Positions 38,177 to 48,653 of a stretch of 64,000 nt of DNA are shown one piece after another. Under the pieces are notes generated by a model, which saw nothing but the letters and a program-made list of their open reading frames with translations, did not search any database and was not told the origin of the DNA. The stretch is taken from the IMG/VR virus record IMGVR_UViG_3300011008_000003. One strand, given 5' to 3'. A program made the translations under genes and the position numbers. The stretch comes from a virus. Its lineage: Duplodnaviria; Heunggongvirae; Uroviricota; Caudoviricetes. Every line of letters begins with the position of its first letter. The stretch's first letter is position 1.

Positions 38177-38247
38177 AAACTTCTAAAACTTCTCACTTAC
38201 GATATAGATTTAAATTTCTATATTGTAAGTATAAATGAGAGGTTAAT

Positions 38248-38616
38248 ATGATTGAACAACATCACCCAGCAGATCTTGACTACTCCAACATCGATAACAT
38301 CAAGGCACAACAGTTTTTTACGGCGGTACGTGCATTCTGCCCTGGCTGTGACTTTATCCCCCAATACGCGGTTGTAGGTATTGACAAGCACAAGGTAAGC
38401 GGGTATCTCGCGGTTCATAACCCGCATAACGTAATGGACTTTGGCTTTAGCGATTCGCTGATGGTAGAATACAACAAAGTCTATGAACATGAATGGTATA
38501 ATATCTACGGAGGTTTGGTAGACGGAAAATGGCATCGGGCTACAAAGGTTGACACTCTTGACGAATTGAATAAATTCCTGAAAAGAGTTAGCGTAAGTCC
38601 GAAGAAAATGTTCTAA
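38248..38616 (+). CDS. Hypothetical protein
   Basis: Promoter + RBS. Confidence 0.8.
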   Translation: MIEQHHPADLDYSNIDNIKAQQFFTAVRAFCPGCDFIPQYAVVGIDKHKVSGYLAVHNPHNVMDFGFSDSLMVEYNKVYEHEWYNIYGGLVDGKWHRATKVDTLDELNKFLKRVSVSPKKMF

Positions 38617-38683
38617 AACAATTCACTTACAAAACAAGAAAAATCTTCTATATTTTAATCAAACAATCAACAAGAGGTAAAAC

Positions 38684-39037
38684 ATGAAACTCATTCTCGG
38701 AATCATCATCGCAATCATTCTCGCTGTCGGCGGTTACACTGTCTATCGCGGACTCACGGGAGACAACGACAACGCACAGAAAATCGCTGACAAGACGAGC
38801 GAACTCGTTACGTCTGTCGCGGACACGTTCTCTGACGGAGCCAAGGATATGGCAAAGGACGTAAAGGAAAAGGCATCGGAAGCTGCGGACTCAGTATTGT
38901 CTTCAGCTGACAGGGCAATCGATTCCGCCAAGTCTTCTGTCAAGTCCCGTATCGGTGACGTAAGGGAAGCGAACGCGAAGAAATTTGCCGAAGTCAAGAA
39001 GTCAGTCAGTGACAAAGTTGACTCGATAAAGAAGTGA
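38684..39037 (+). CDS. Membrane-anchored helical protein
   Basis: N-terminal TM LILGIIIAIILAVGGY then A/K/D/S-rich helix. Confidence 0.8.
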   Translation: MKLILGIIIAIILAVGGYTVYRGLTGDNDNAQKIADKTSELVTSVADTFSDGAKDMAKDVKEKASEAADSVLSSADRAIDSAKSSVKSRIGDVREANAKKFAEVKKSVSDKVDSIKK

Positions 39038-39146
39038 CGATGAATGGACGCACGGACAGTGCAGGAAAGACGAGAGTAAAATCTCGTCTTTTTCTATTTA
39101 CATAACTTCTGGATTTTTCTATATTTAATAAAAACAAGAGGTTAAC

Positions 39147-39551
39147 ATGGGAAAATTCGTTCTTAAGGTTTATCGTGTATGGTATGACTGGTGGACAAAG
39201 GAATATAAAAAGCCAGACCTTGACTTTGCATGGCCGATTGTCGACAGCATCAAGCTCGAGAACGTAGACTTCAATGACAGTTTTCATTTGAAATTCATAA
39301 TGGACGACTGGGGTGATAAGGAAAAATACCTGGGCTTTCCTAACCACATGCCCTGTGAAAACACGGGTATATATGACGGCGCAAACTGCAAACAGGTTAT
39401 TTCTTTTCATGACGAAAGGAATAAGGTCTTGACCCAGTTAGTAATCGACGAACGCCCGGGAAAGGAAAAACTCATTGAAGAAGTCAGGCCCTGGATAGAG
39501 CTCTATCTTGCTCATTACAAGAAGATTGCATGCCTGGCAGATCTGGCGTAA
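39147..39551 (+). CDS. Hypothetical protein, C-terminal tag
   Basis: Ends CLADLA. Confidence 0.8.
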   Translation: MGKFVLKVYRVWYDWWTKEYKKPDLDFAWPIVDSIKLENVDFNDSFHLKFIMDDWGDKEKYLGFPNHMPCENTGIYDGANCKQVISFHDERNKVLTQLVIDERPGKEKLIEEVRPWIELYLAHYKKIACLADLA

Positions 39552-39621
39552 AAATCTCAATTGTATCTATTTACAAGAAAGTTAGAATTTTCTATATTTA
39601 GAATATACAAGAGAGGTTAAT

Positions 39622-39939
39622 ATGACATTCGAACTCGTTCTCCAGAACTATCTCAAAGACGCTTACCGTTTCTCTAAAATTCGTAAAGACCGTAACTCTA
39701 CCTTGGGTGAAGTTACCGAACTCTATGACCGACTCTGTTGCAACTGGGCCAAGGTCATTCCCGATGCATGCCTCAACAAGATGCTCGACGAAAAGGGTGT
39801 TGGTTTTGAAATGAACGCAATCAATACTGTCGGTATCGAACAGGCCGGCGGTGGGATGATCGAAGTCGCAGTCGATGGCTTGGTCAAACTTGCCGAGACT
39901 TCGAAGAGCGAAAAGGAATTTTACCAGGTGTTCATGTAA
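39622..39939 (+). CDS. Hypothetical protein
   Basis: Promoter + RBS. Confidence 0.8.
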   Translation: MTFELVLQNYLKDAYRFSKIRKDRNSTLGEVTELYDRLCCNWAKVIPDACLNKMLDEKGVGFEMNAINTVGIEQAGGGMIEVAVDGLVKLAETSKSEKEFYQVFM

Positions 39940-40018
39940 CTCCGAGAATAAAATTTATTTTGTTCTTGTTTACGAAAAGTTCAGAATTTTCTATCTTTAG
40001 AATACAAGAGAGGTTAAT

Positions 40019-40297
40019 ATGAAAGTCAGCATCAACACCATCGAACACGATATTGTCAAGGTTCATCCGCTCCGTATGAACTCCAAGGGCGATACAGTCT
40101 TTAACGTCACCTATAAGAACAAGTATAACGGAAGAGAATTTCGTATGCAGGTCAACGAAGGTGATTCGGTTAAGATCATCGGCGAAGACATGCCTTGGTG
40201 GTTGCGTTCGAAGGATGAAGTAGAAAAGGTTCATGAACTCATGCAGGAAAAACTCCTCGGTCCTGAATACGTAAAGCTCAGGGATGGACTGAAATAA
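40019..40297 (+). CDS. Hypothetical protein
   Basis: Promoter + RBS. Confidence 0.8.
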   Translation: MKVSINTIEHDIVKVHPLRMNSKGDTVFNVTYKNKYNGREFRMQVNEGDSVKIIGEDMPWWLRSKDEVEKVHELMQEKLLGPEYVKLRDGLK

Positions 40298-40365
40298 AAT
40301 TCATTTCGATTTGACTTTACGAAAAGTTCAGAATTTTCTATATTATAATCAAACAAGAGGTTATT

Positions 40366-40695
40366 ATGCACGTAATTTATTCTGACAGCAAAGACAATCG
40401 CAACGTGGCTCGCCTTAAGGGCATTGACTGGGTGGACGGCGAAGCCTATCTTCATCTCTCTTCAGGAACGACTCTTGTTCTCGGGGAAAAGACCGGCGAA
40501 TTCAATCTTAAGACTGTGAGCGGACATCGCCGTATCATTACGCTCGAATTCAAAAACACCGACGTGAACGGGGATTTGATCCTGTCTGGTTCGAACCCGC
40601 AGTACGTAGACCTTCACTCGACTGAAATGAACTTTCGCCGAATGTACGACGTTATCGAGCTCTACTATACGGAGGAACTGACAGAAACGAATTAA
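40366..40695 (+). CDS. Hypothetical protein
   Basis: Promoter + RBS. Confidence 0.8.
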   Translation: MHVIYSDSKDNRNVARLKGIDWVDGEAYLHLSSGTTLVLGEKTGEFNLKTVSGHRRIITLEFKNTDVNGDLILSGSNPQYVDLHSTEMNFRRMYDVIELYYTEELTETN

Positions 40696-40739
40696 AAATA
40701 CTTGCTTACAAAACTCCCGGAATTAACTATCTTTATAAC

Positions 40740-41072
40740 ATGAGTGTTTTACGAGTATTTTTTGAACCTGACCCGAACCTTCCGGACGATATTCTGTTCG
40801 AAGTGAAATACATGTACGTTGACCGTTCTGACCCCAGTCGAGTCATGCTCAAGTCTGCATGGGCGGGTCTAACCGATAGTTCTAACCTGAACATGAAGGG
40901 GGTCAATGCGATTCGTTACGGTTTCGCGAAGACTAAAGACGAAGCCTATGCAGAAAAGTTCTACATCGAAAAGGAATTGAAAACAGACGAAGACTTTGCT
41001 GAGTTCTACCGTACCTATGAATACGAACGTCACAACGACGAAGTTGAACGAACCCTGAAGACACTGGATTAA
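40740..41072 (+). CDS. Hypothetical protein (leaderless), C-terminal tag
   Basis: TATCTT-N6-ATG; ends TLKTLD. Confidence 0.78.
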   Translation: MSVLRVFFEPDPNLPDDILFEVKYMYVDRSDPSRVMLKSAWAGLTDSSNLNMKGVNAIRYGFAKTKDEAYAEKFYIEKELKTDEDFAEFYRTYEYERHNDEVERTLKTLD

Positions 41073-41143
41073 AAATTTTAAATTGATTTCATTTACGTTT
41101 GGTTCTTAAATTTCTATATTTAAATCAAACAAAAGAGGTTAAT

Positions 41144-41587
41144 ATGAAAAAAGTCTATCGCATCGCAAGCCTTTCCACTGACGTCCACGAAGACGATTAC
41201 AAAGAAGGTGAACTCGAATTCGTCAACAGCTGGACCGGACCTGACGTCTTGCATGCGGCTATGTATCGCGAATTCGAATCTATCGACACCATCCTCAAGT
41301 TGCTCAACGACAAGTACCTCTACATCTGGAAGGATGCAGACAATATCAAGAACTGGGCTATCTTCGAAGACCCAGACTTGAAGGACGAAATTCGTTTCGA
41401 CTGTGACACGATGGTTGATGTAGATAACAACGTCGCTGACGAATCAGACCTTGAAGCATGGAAGAACGGCAGGAAGAAACTGTTCAACGCCCATTCCGTT
41501 CTCTACGTGAAGTGCGAATACATCGAATACGCGTCCAACAACGAACTTACGGAAGAGGCTAAGAAGCTAGGTCTCGAAATGATATAA
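41144..41587 (+). CDS. Acidic hypothetical protein (start corrected)
   Basis: AAGAGGTTAAT-ATG. Confidence 0.8.
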   Translation: MKKVYRIASLSTDVHEDDYKEGELEFVNSWTGPDVLHAAMYREFESIDTILKLLNDKYLYIWKDADNIKNWAIFEDPDLKDEIRFDCDTMVDVDNNVADESDLEAWKNGRKKLFNAHSVLYVKCEYIEYASNNELTEEAKKLGLEMI

Positions 41588-41594
41588 ATACTTT

Positions 41595-41795
41595 ATGGAA
41601 ATGGAGCCGGAAGAATTCAAGGACTTTATGGCCGCACAGACCGAGGCCATCGAGATCGCCAAGTGGTTGCTTGGCGAAAAGCTCGGTCGTGATCCTGGTC
41701 CTGAATTCGTTCTAAAGTGGATAAAAGAAAACGCTGAAGAGTTTCGAAAGAACTGGCCCATTTACTATAAGGAATGGAAAGAACGACACAAGTAA
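41595..41795 (+). CDS. Small hypothetical protein behind late-type promoter
   Basis: TATAAATA-N4-ATG; KWLLGEKLGRDPG. Confidence 0.78.
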   Translation: MEMEPEEFKDFMAAQTEAIEIAKWLLGEKLGRDPGPEFVLKWIKENAEEFRKNWPIYYKEWKERHK

Positions 41796-41922
41796 CGGGT
41801 TTGACCTCTTGGGGGAAAGCTGGGAATAAATTCCTGGCTTTTTCTCTTTACAAAACTTTTGAATATTTCTATATTTACTATGTAATCGATAATAACGTCG
41901 ATTATTTAAAAAGAGGTTATCC

Positions 41923-42159
41923 ATGAAAGTTTTCGTTCTCGCTCACATCAACTCTTACGACGACGGAATTCCGTGCTACGGCAGAATCAATCTGTTCACT
42001 GATCGACAGAAGGCGATTGACTGGCTGATGAAGGAATACGGCGACGAATATACCAGCCTCGATGATCTTCTCGTCACTGACGAAGACATTAACAATGCTG
42101 AAAACAACTGTACTTCCGGTCCGTACGGCTGGCAACTCTGGGAAGACGAAATCATGTAA
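41923..42159 (+). CDS. Hypothetical protein
   Basis: Promoter + RBS. Confidence 0.78.
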   Translation: MKVFVLAHINSYDDGIPCYGRINLFTDRQKAIDWLMKEYGDEYTSLDDLLVTDEDINNAENNCTSGPYGWQLWEDEIM

Positions 42160-42261
42160 GTCTTGAACAGTATCGGGATAGACCGGGAATAAAATCTCGG
42201 TCTTTTTTCTTTACAAAACATTTGATTATTTCTATATTTGAAATATACAAGAGAGGTTAAT

Positions 42262-42651
42262 ATGTTTCTTCAAATGAATCGCGAAACATTGTTTATCACG
42301 GTCAAGGCTTTCTTCCCCAGTGCAGAAATTCAACGAGACGCAATGGGCGAGGGTGGACACATCTGGCTCAGAAACAACCGTTCGATTGCATTCGACGAAA
42401 TGGAAAACGGACTTTGCGACCTTCGTGTTTGCCTTTGGGAACAGGATGCAAGAGACATCTATAAGCATAAGAACCTGGTCGCGACTCAAGACTTTTTCAA
42501 GGAAGAGGAACTCATTGGCTGGCTCGCGATGAAACAACGTCAGTGGAAACAATGGCACGGACGCGACTGGGACATTCTCTCGGCGAAAATCGAAAAGGGT
42601 GAAATCACCGCAGACACTATCCTTCACGAACTGGAAAAAGGAGCTAACTAA
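42262..42651 (+). CDS. Hypothetical protein (start corrected)
   Basis: Promoter + RBS. Confidence 0.78.
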   Translation: MFLQMNRETLFITVKAFFPSAEIQRDAMGEGGHIWLRNNRSIAFDEMENGLCDLRVCLWEQDARDIYKHKNLVATQDFFKEEELIGWLAMKQRQWKQWHGRDWDILSAKIEKGEITADTILHELEKGAN

Positions 42652-42869
42652 TGGATTTGAGAACGATGCGTGAATATGTCGAATCCCATCCTGAAACGAA
42701 GTCTAACTGGCCTACGTACGAAGAGGTGAAGAAGTCTTCGAAGATTCGCCACAGGATTATATTCAAACTGTTCAAGGGCCATGTAAAGAACTGCAAGGGC
42801 TACAAGGACAGTGGAGACATCGTGGGCTTGCCTACGTTTTTGCGAAACAATAAACACATAGGAGGTTAG
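42651..42869 (+). CDS. Hypothetical basic protein
   Basis: AAGGAG RBS, TAATG coupling. Confidence 0.75.
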   Translation: MDLRTMREYVESHPETKSNWPTYEEVKKSSKIRHRIIFKLFKGHVKNCKGYKDSGDIVGLPTFLRNNKHIGG

Positions 42870-42870
42870 A

Positions 42871-42936
42871 ATGTTCGCTTTGATTCCCGTGATTTCATTC
42901 CTTACATGCGTTGCGGCTTCGATTGTGTCGCAGTAA
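42871..42936 (+). CDS. 21-aa hydrophobic micro-peptide
   Basis: GGAGGT RBS; MFALIPVISFLTCVAASIVSQ. Confidence 0.5.
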   Translation: MFALIPVISFLTCVAASIVSQ

Positions 42937-43017
42937 CACCGAGGAAAAAACTTCAAAAACAATCGTTTACAAACCTTTCGAAAATTCCTATATTATGGAT
43001 ATAATCAAGAGGTTAAT

Positions 43018-43629
43018 ATGATAAAGTACGAAACTCGAATCGGCCCGTCGCTTCTCATTGCATTCGCCCTTGTGCTCATATTCGGGGCACACCTGGCTTT
43101 CGCAGAGAAGGTGGATCGTCACTGGGAGGCTGCTCCTTACGTAGACTTTACGGGTACGGTCCACGGCGGATTCGGGAAACATTACGACGGGCTCTCGGCT
43201 GGGATGGGTGTTGGGGCCGAAGCCTTGCTCGTAATGTCAGACCGTTTCGCAGTCGGTGCAAATGCGAAGACTGTCGCGGTCTATGATGTCTATACCACGT
43301 TCGATAACGAAACAATCGTTGACGAATACGGGGTATGGTTCGCCTCGCTGGGACCTATCGTCTACATCGGCGATATGTTCTACGTGACGGCGATGATTCA
43401 ATACAACCTCGACGTGTTCTATGAAAATACCTACAGGCACGAGGGAACGAATGACGAGGACATTGACAAACTCGATTATTCGATAGACGATATTGATTGG
43501 TGGTTCGAAACCGGATTCAGGGTTGATTACCATGCATCGATTTACCTGGCTGCGAATACCCACCTAATCGAGACAGCAGTGAATAATGCACGATACCACC
43601 TATATTGCGGATTAAAATTCTTTTTCTAA
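43018..43629 (+). CDS. Putative outer-membrane beta-barrel protein
   Basis: Signal peptide ending AFA, alternating amphipathic strands, C-terminal LYCGLKFFF. Confidence 0.7.
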   Translation: MIKYETRIGPSLLIAFALVLIFGAHLAFAEKVDRHWEAAPYVDFTGTVHGGFGKHYDGLSAGMGVGAEALLVMSDRFAVGANAKTVAVYDVYTTFDNETIVDEYGVWFASLGPIVYIGDMFYVTAMIQYNLDVFYENTYRHEGTNDEDIDKLDYSIDDIDWWFETGFRVDYHASIYLAANTHLIETAVNNARYHLYCGLKFFF

Positions 43630-43724
43630 AACGACTTTGACCTCTAAGAACGACTCGCGGACCGGACCTCCTGCGGGTCGTTTCTTTATATTATATCCAC
43701 ATGTTTTATACTATTCCATTCGTC

Positions 43725-43830
43725 CATAATTGAGTTGTGGTCTTGTTTTTATATTAAAGAGTATAGTTAATAGTCTTTTTAAAATAAGTCTTTAAAATGA
43801 GTTTTGCACGGCATGCATCGGTCAAAAAAT
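43725..43830 (+). repeat. Dispersed AT-rich intergenic repeat
   Basis: TGAGTTGTGG...TAGTCTTTTTAAAATAAGTCTTTAAAA. Confidence 0.65.
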
Positions 43831-43899
43831 ATTCAAATGTTTTTATTTACAAGAAGTTCAAATGTTTCTATATTTAGAACATAAACAAGAGGTTAACAA

Positions 43900-44052
43900 A
43901 TGTCTGACTTAGAACGACATATCAAAGAAAATTGGTCGCAAATGAGTCCTAGCGAAAGAATGTTCGCCATGATGGATTTAAGTGAAGAAAACGGTGTTAA
44001 ACCGATTACTATTGATGAATGGAAAGAATGGATGATACAACCAAAGGGTTAA
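43900..44052 (+). CDS. 50-aa hypothetical protein
   Basis: Promoter + CAAGAGGTT RBS; not in ORF track. Confidence 0.7.
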   Translation: MSDLERHIKENWSQMSPSERMFAMMDLSEENGVKPITIDEWKEWMIQPKG

Positions 44053-44054
44053 CA

Positions 44055-44351
44055 ATGTCTCAACGTAATTGCTTTATTGACTGGCCGACGATTCAACGAA
44101 ATAACAAGGAAGCGCTGGAAAAAATCCGTCCGTATGTCGGCGATAAATTGATTGAGAAGTTCAAGGAGATTCTGCCTGAACCGTCTGACTTCGATGTACT
44201 CGAACCGTGCGAAGACGATACAGCACAGTACCAGAAGACGAACTTCATTCCTCCGACATGGGCAAGTGAGATGAACAAGGACAAACCTGTCATGATTCTT
44301 ATGGACGAATATAGAATCGAAAACGGGAAGGAGTGGCATAACGGGAAGTAG
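44055..44351 (+). CDS. Hypothetical protein (start corrected)
   Basis: AAGGG RBS after upstream stop. Confidence 0.7.
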   Translation: MSQRNCFIDWPTIQRNNKEALEKIRPYVGDKLIEKFKEILPEPSDFDVLEPCEDDTAQYQKTNFIPPTWASEMNKDKPVMILMDEYRIENGKEWHNGK

Positions 44352-44435
44352 CAGTTCCAACGAAAAAATTTAAATAGATTTAGTTTACAAGATTCTCGGA
44401 TTTTTCTATATTTAATTCAAACAACGGAGGTTTAA

Positions 44436-45059
44436 ATGATTGCATCTGAACTGACTAATCCGAGCATCGTCAAAGTATCTAAGTCTGACGCAAATTACTT
44501 CTGGTACGGAAAGGAAAAGTTCCAGTTCACTGGTAGGTTTTCTACTAACGATGCCGAAATACGACACATCGAATCGGGAGTTGAATCCTATATCCTGCGT
44601 GAGTCTGCTGTCTACAAAGAAATTAGTACTCAATGGGAAACAATCGGTGCAGAAAAGTCTGCAAAGTCCAGGGCGAAGCGTGAAGCAAAGAAAAAGATGC
44701 TTCTCGAACTCGCGAAAGATTCTAACATGACTGCAATCGAATGGAGGATTAAGCTTCTCAAGGAACATAGCCTGCTCCTCACCTCGAGACCGTACGGACA
44801 CGATTACGAAGTCTACAAGTGCAATGTCAAGTGGAACGATTCGTTCCTGGTCACTTTGTCGACAGGCAAGCAGAACCTCGATGTAAAGAGGATTAAGAAG
44901 TTTTGCGACTCGAAGAAGATTACTAACGCCGACCCGTATCACAGATTCAACGATATAACCATTAAGGAGGTACTGGACAAGGTTATTCGAATTCAAAGAA
45001 AGGAAATGGACCAGAGAGAGAACGAAACCATTAAGGCTATCGAGTCTCTCGCGGGATAA
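44436..45059 (+). CDS. Hypothetical protein, C-terminal tag
   Basis: Ends AIESLAG. Confidence 0.83.
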   Translation: MIASELTNPSIVKVSKSDANYFWYGKEKFQFTGRFSTNDAEIRHIESGVESYILRESAVYKEISTQWETIGAEKSAKSRAKREAKKKMLLELAKDSNMTAIEWRIKLLKEHSLLLTSRPYGHDYEVYKCNVKWNDSFLVTLSTGKQNLDVKRIKKFCDSKKITNADPYHRFNDITIKEVLDKVIRIQRKEMDQRENETIKAIESLAG

Positions 45060-45136
45060 TCCGTTAAGATTTATTAAATCGATTTAGTTGACAAAAAGTT
45101 CAGAATTTTCTATCTTATAATCAACAAGAGGTTACG

Positions 45137-45412
45137 ATGAAGAATTTCGAAATCAAAAACAATCTGATTTACTTCGCGGACAGCATCCCTCGTGAAGCTG
45201 TCGATTATATCCTGAACCGATTCGACAACTATTACGATGCCAACGGCCTGGTCGATGTCTGGGTTAGAACAACTAATCGTATTATCGATATTGTCTGGAA
45301 CCGGTCTGAGAAACAACCGACGCTGGAAGAAATCGTGAAACAGTTCGAAACCTGGTACGAAATCTGGAAAGGTGGTGTTCAACGTGCAATCGAGGCAGCA
45401 AATGAATCGTAA
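45137..45412 (+). CDS. Hypothetical protein
   Basis: TTGACA promoter + RBS. Confidence 0.78.
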   Translation: MKNFEIKNNLIYFADSIPREAVDYILNRFDNYYDANGLVDVWVRTTNRIIDIVWNRSEKQPTLEEIVKQFETWYEIWKGGVQRAIEAANES

Positions 45413-45542
45413 GTTCAAAGTCTACAAGAAAGAAAACGGAAAGGCGAATCCTGTACTTGAAACAGTCGATTACGAAGAAGCATGCAGAAAGGAGAAGGAA
45501 TTAAAGGATAAAGGGTTCGAATCATTCGTCTGGCAAGTCTGA
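45402..45542 (+). CDS. 46-aa hypothetical protein
   Basis: GAGG RBS, overlaps upstream stop. Confidence 0.65.
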   Translation: MNRKFKVYKKENGKANPVLETVDYEEACRKEKELKDKGFESFVWQV

Positions 45543-45644
45543 TGAAAAATAATCAAATGTTTTAGTTTACAAGTCTATTGGATTTTTCTATATTTTAATC
45601 GTTCGCTAGAACATTTAGTTTAACTTAAACCGAAGAGGTCCAAT

Positions 45645-45971
45645 ATGAAGCTTGTCAAGATTTACCACCAGAACTTCCACGACATGGATCAATGGTATAA
45701 TTACCAGTTGCTCACCGACGAACAGGCCGAACATTACCGTGGCACTCTGCTTACATACCCGAGCGACCTGAAGATCACTTACTATGACGACGACAACCAG
45801 CCGACCGATGAAGTCACTGTGACCGATTGCGTCAACATGCTCGAGAATGCTCGAGAAGTAACCGAAGAAGAAGCAGCGACACTAGAAAAACTCGTGCCCG
45901 AAGTAATCAAGAAGGTTAATCCGGATAACGACATCGCCTGTTACATTGAACAATTCAATGATATGGTTTAA
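45645..45971 (+). CDS. Hypothetical protein
   Basis: Promoter + AAGAGGTCC RBS. Confidence 0.8.
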   Translation: MKLVKIYHQNFHDMDQWYNYQLLTDEQAEHYRGTLLTYPSDLKITYYDDDNQPTDEVTVTDCVNMLENAREVTEEEAATLEKLVPEVIKKVNPDNDIACYIEQFNDMV

Positions 45972-46114
45972 CTGTTAACCTCCGGCGGCGGATCTGTCCG
46001 CTTAGGCTCTTCCGCCGCTTTTTCTTTTAAGTTTGTTGTTTACGATTTAATTTGAATTTTCTATATTTGATAAAGCTCGAATGTCTCGAGTATAAATCAA
46101 TAAAGAGGTCTGAT

Positions 46115-46630
46115 ATGGCTAACACTTCCGGAATCAACGAAACTATCAACTGTCCGAACGGCTTTTACTTCGGCGATCCTTGCTACGCCCTCAAGGAAGA
46201 CTTGTATCAGGAATGGATTAACTGGGGTGACGAACGAGAAAAGAAGGAAGGTCGTTGGTGTAACGACGGCAAGTTTGTCCACGACGGGAAAGAAATTATG
46301 TTGGTTGATTCGACTGCATACGGTGACGGTTGTTATGGTGGCAATCATGCTTCGTATGGTGTCGATGCGGGCTGTCTCGCTGTGATTCCTCTCGAATTCT
46401 GCGACGAATCGAAAAACTTCCGTGACGATATGGGATGGGTCTGTGAAGAACCTCATGAAGTCAAGCTCGTAACGGACGATACGGGTACGTTTAGGGTTTA
46501 CGTCGACGACGATAACATCATGGTTGGTGAGGAAATCGTCGAGACGGGTGACGAAGGAGAGGAAGAAGAGGAAGACAATTCCTGTTGGGATGATTCCTTG
46601 GATGATACTCCTGAATTCGAAGAAGAATAA
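46115..46630 (+). CDS. Conserved hypothetical protein (GDPCY / YGDGxY / VDAG motifs, DUF4241-like), acidic tail
   Basis: Motifs visible; start corrected. Confidence 0.75.
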   Translation: MANTSGINETINCPNGFYFGDPCYALKEDLYQEWINWGDEREKKEGRWCNDGKFVHDGKEIMLVDSTAYGDGCYGGNHASYGVDAGCLAVIPLEFCDESKNFRDDMGWVCEEPHEVKLVTDDTGTFRVYVDDDNIMVGEEIVETGDEGEEEEEDNSCWDDSLDDTPEFEEE

Positions 46631-46757
46631 AGTTTGACCTCTAAAGAGCGGGTCGTCCTAAGGCGAGGGCGATTCCGCTGCTTTTTTCTTAATTGTTTTT
46701 ATTTACATAAATATTGGATTTTTCTATATTTAGGTTAGAAACAATAAGAGGTAAAAC

Positions 46758-47114
46758 ATGGAAAATTACAAGTTCACCAAAGCAACTCTGAAGCTCACCA
46801 ACGGCAAAACCATTCATCTCGATGTCGAGTTTGAAGACGATGACGATTTTGACGAACGTGTCCGTAACATCTGTCTGAGCTCTGATTTCTGCATGGATGC
46901 CAAAGTCGTCGATCAGATTATCGAGCACATGAGATGCACCGTCAACAGTACGGACTCCTGGGAACAGTGGCCTGAGCCGTCTGAACCTGACTATACTGAC
47001 ATCTACTGGGCTTTCGACAAATCATGTGACGAAACCATGATGAACGAAACTCTCTGGGATTTCATTCAGATGCTGCATGTCTTTTTTGAAGGCAAACTCG
47101 AAATTGACATGTAA
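46758..47114 (+). CDS. Acidic hypothetical protein
   Basis: Promoter + RBS. Confidence 0.8.
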   Translation: MENYKFTKATLKLTNGKTIHLDVEFEDDDDFDERVRNICLSSDFCMDAKVVDQIIEHMRCTVNSTDSWEQWPEPSEPDYTDIYWAFDKSCDETMMNETLWDFIQMLHVFFEGKLEIDM

Positions 47115-47297
47115 CTGAACAGCCTGAAGCCTGCCTGACGAACCCGGGCAGTCCGAAGGCGGCCATTTCCCAAAATTCGCGAACATGTTGAGCAATTCTG
47201 ACGATTTTTCTCTTATTGTTTCTACTTACAAGAACTTCAGAATTTACTATATTTGAATCGAACAGTTCGTTCATTAACATTCATCAGAGAGGTCCAA

Positions 47298-47558
47298 ATG
47301 GCTAACTACACTTATAACTACACCGGTTACATGTCTTTCAAGGCAGATCCGAACAAGCAGACATGGGAATTGATTGACAAAGCGCTCGACGAAGCGAAGA
47401 TCAGTCATACGAGAGCGTTTTGCAACGGCAATCTCGAGATTTGCTGTGATCAACGTTACGAAGTCGATAAGCTGTTGCGACACATCGAAATCACTCTCCA
47501 GAAGAACTATAACGGCTATGTTCTCGATACTACTATCCTGAGAACACGAAAGCTGTAG
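47298..47558 (+). CDS. Hypothetical protein (start corrected)
   Basis: GAGAGGTCCAA-ATG. Confidence 0.78.
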   Translation: MANYTYNYTGYMSFKADPNKQTWELIDKALDEAKISHTRAFCNGNLEICCDQRYEVDKLLRHIEITLQKNYNGYVLDTTILRTRKL

Positions 47559-47670
47559 TTCTTCCGTTAGAAAAATTCGAATTATACTTGTTTACAAGTT
47601 CTTTCGAATTTTCTATATTTAAATCGTTCGGTACGAACATTCAGTTTAACTTAATTCAAAGAGGTCCAAA

Positions 47671-48000
47671 ATGGCACATTCCGATATCGCAAACACCAGC
47701 CTTCCGGTTCATGACGCAAAGACCGGTACTGCCGGTTTCGTTAACAACAAAGACTTTGCTCTCGTTCTGCAGGGCTTTTTCACGCCGAAAGACGACAAGA
47801 TTCTTGAAGAAAAGGGTTTTGCCGAACCGAGCATCAAGGAACAGGCTCTGTGGTCTGCTTACGGTCTGTTTAACGAACTCGATGTTCTCGTCAGCGGGGA
47901 CAAGTCGAACGAAATGACCGTGAAGTTCGTTAAACTTCTCGACCGCTTCATCAGCGAGAACGGCGGTTGGGAATATTTCGACAAAGACGAAAACAAGTAG
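47671..48000 (+). CDS. Hypothetical protein
   Basis: Promoter + RBS. Confidence 0.8.
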   Translation: MAHSDIANTSLPVHDAKTGTAGFVNNKDFALVLQGFFTPKDDKILEEKGFAEPSIKEQALWSAYGLFNELDVLVSGDKSNEMTVKFVKLLDRFISENGGWEYFDKDENK

Positions 48001-48086
48001 CTCTTCCGTTGAAAAAACTCGATTTGAACTAGTTTACAAGACTAGTTCATTTTTCTATATTTTTGTCAAACAAACAAGAGGTTAAT

Positions 48087-48551
48087 ATGAACAATTCCGA
48101 AATTCTTTCTCTTCTCCGCAGCAAAACCGTTCTTTTCGTCAAGCTCCAGTCCAGCTATGACTCAAGCAAGCTTATTTATCCGATTCAGGTGTTCGACGAT
48201 CTTGAATCTTGCGAAAAGTTTATCAACCGAAAAACGACTGGTGGCAAACTCGTCGAAGACTTCACTGTCGATATTCCGTACTACTTGACCGAAGAGAATA
48301 TCGAAACGAAATACGGCAAGGACGATCACTACATCAGTGGCGAATTTGTTGTTCTGCATAACGGTGAATACATGGATATTCGTCAAAGCTGGGATTCGGA
48401 TAAGCATCCTACCGCAATCCAGCAGTTCCATGCCGCCCATCCGGATTACGCGAAGGCCGATGTCAAATTCCGTGAACTCCGCCGTTTCGTGAAGGACGGG
48501 GTAAGGACCGGCGACTGGTTCGATACGACTGAAGACAAACGTCTCAAGTAA
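48087..48551 (+). CDS. Hypothetical protein (start corrected)
   Basis: Promoter + RBS. Confidence 0.8.
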   Translation: MNNSEILSLLRSKTVLFVKLQSSYDSSKLIYPIQVFDDLESCEKFINRKTTGGKLVEDFTVDIPYYLTEENIETKYGKDDHYISGEFVVLHNGEYMDIRQSWDSDKHPTAIQQFHAAHPDYAKADVKFRELRRFVKDGVRTGDWFDTTEDKRLK

Positions 48552-48653
48552 GCGAAACATCGTCGGGAGCAATCCCGGCGAAAAAATCTTCAATTTTTAT
48601 GTTTACGATTCATATTGATTTTTCTATATTTTAGTCAAACAAAAGAGGTTAAT

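Noticed and set aside
47115-47200. Possible hammerhead ribozyme (CTGACGA...CGAA)
   Set aside because: Lacks GAAA core and a consistent three-stem junction; simple hairpin
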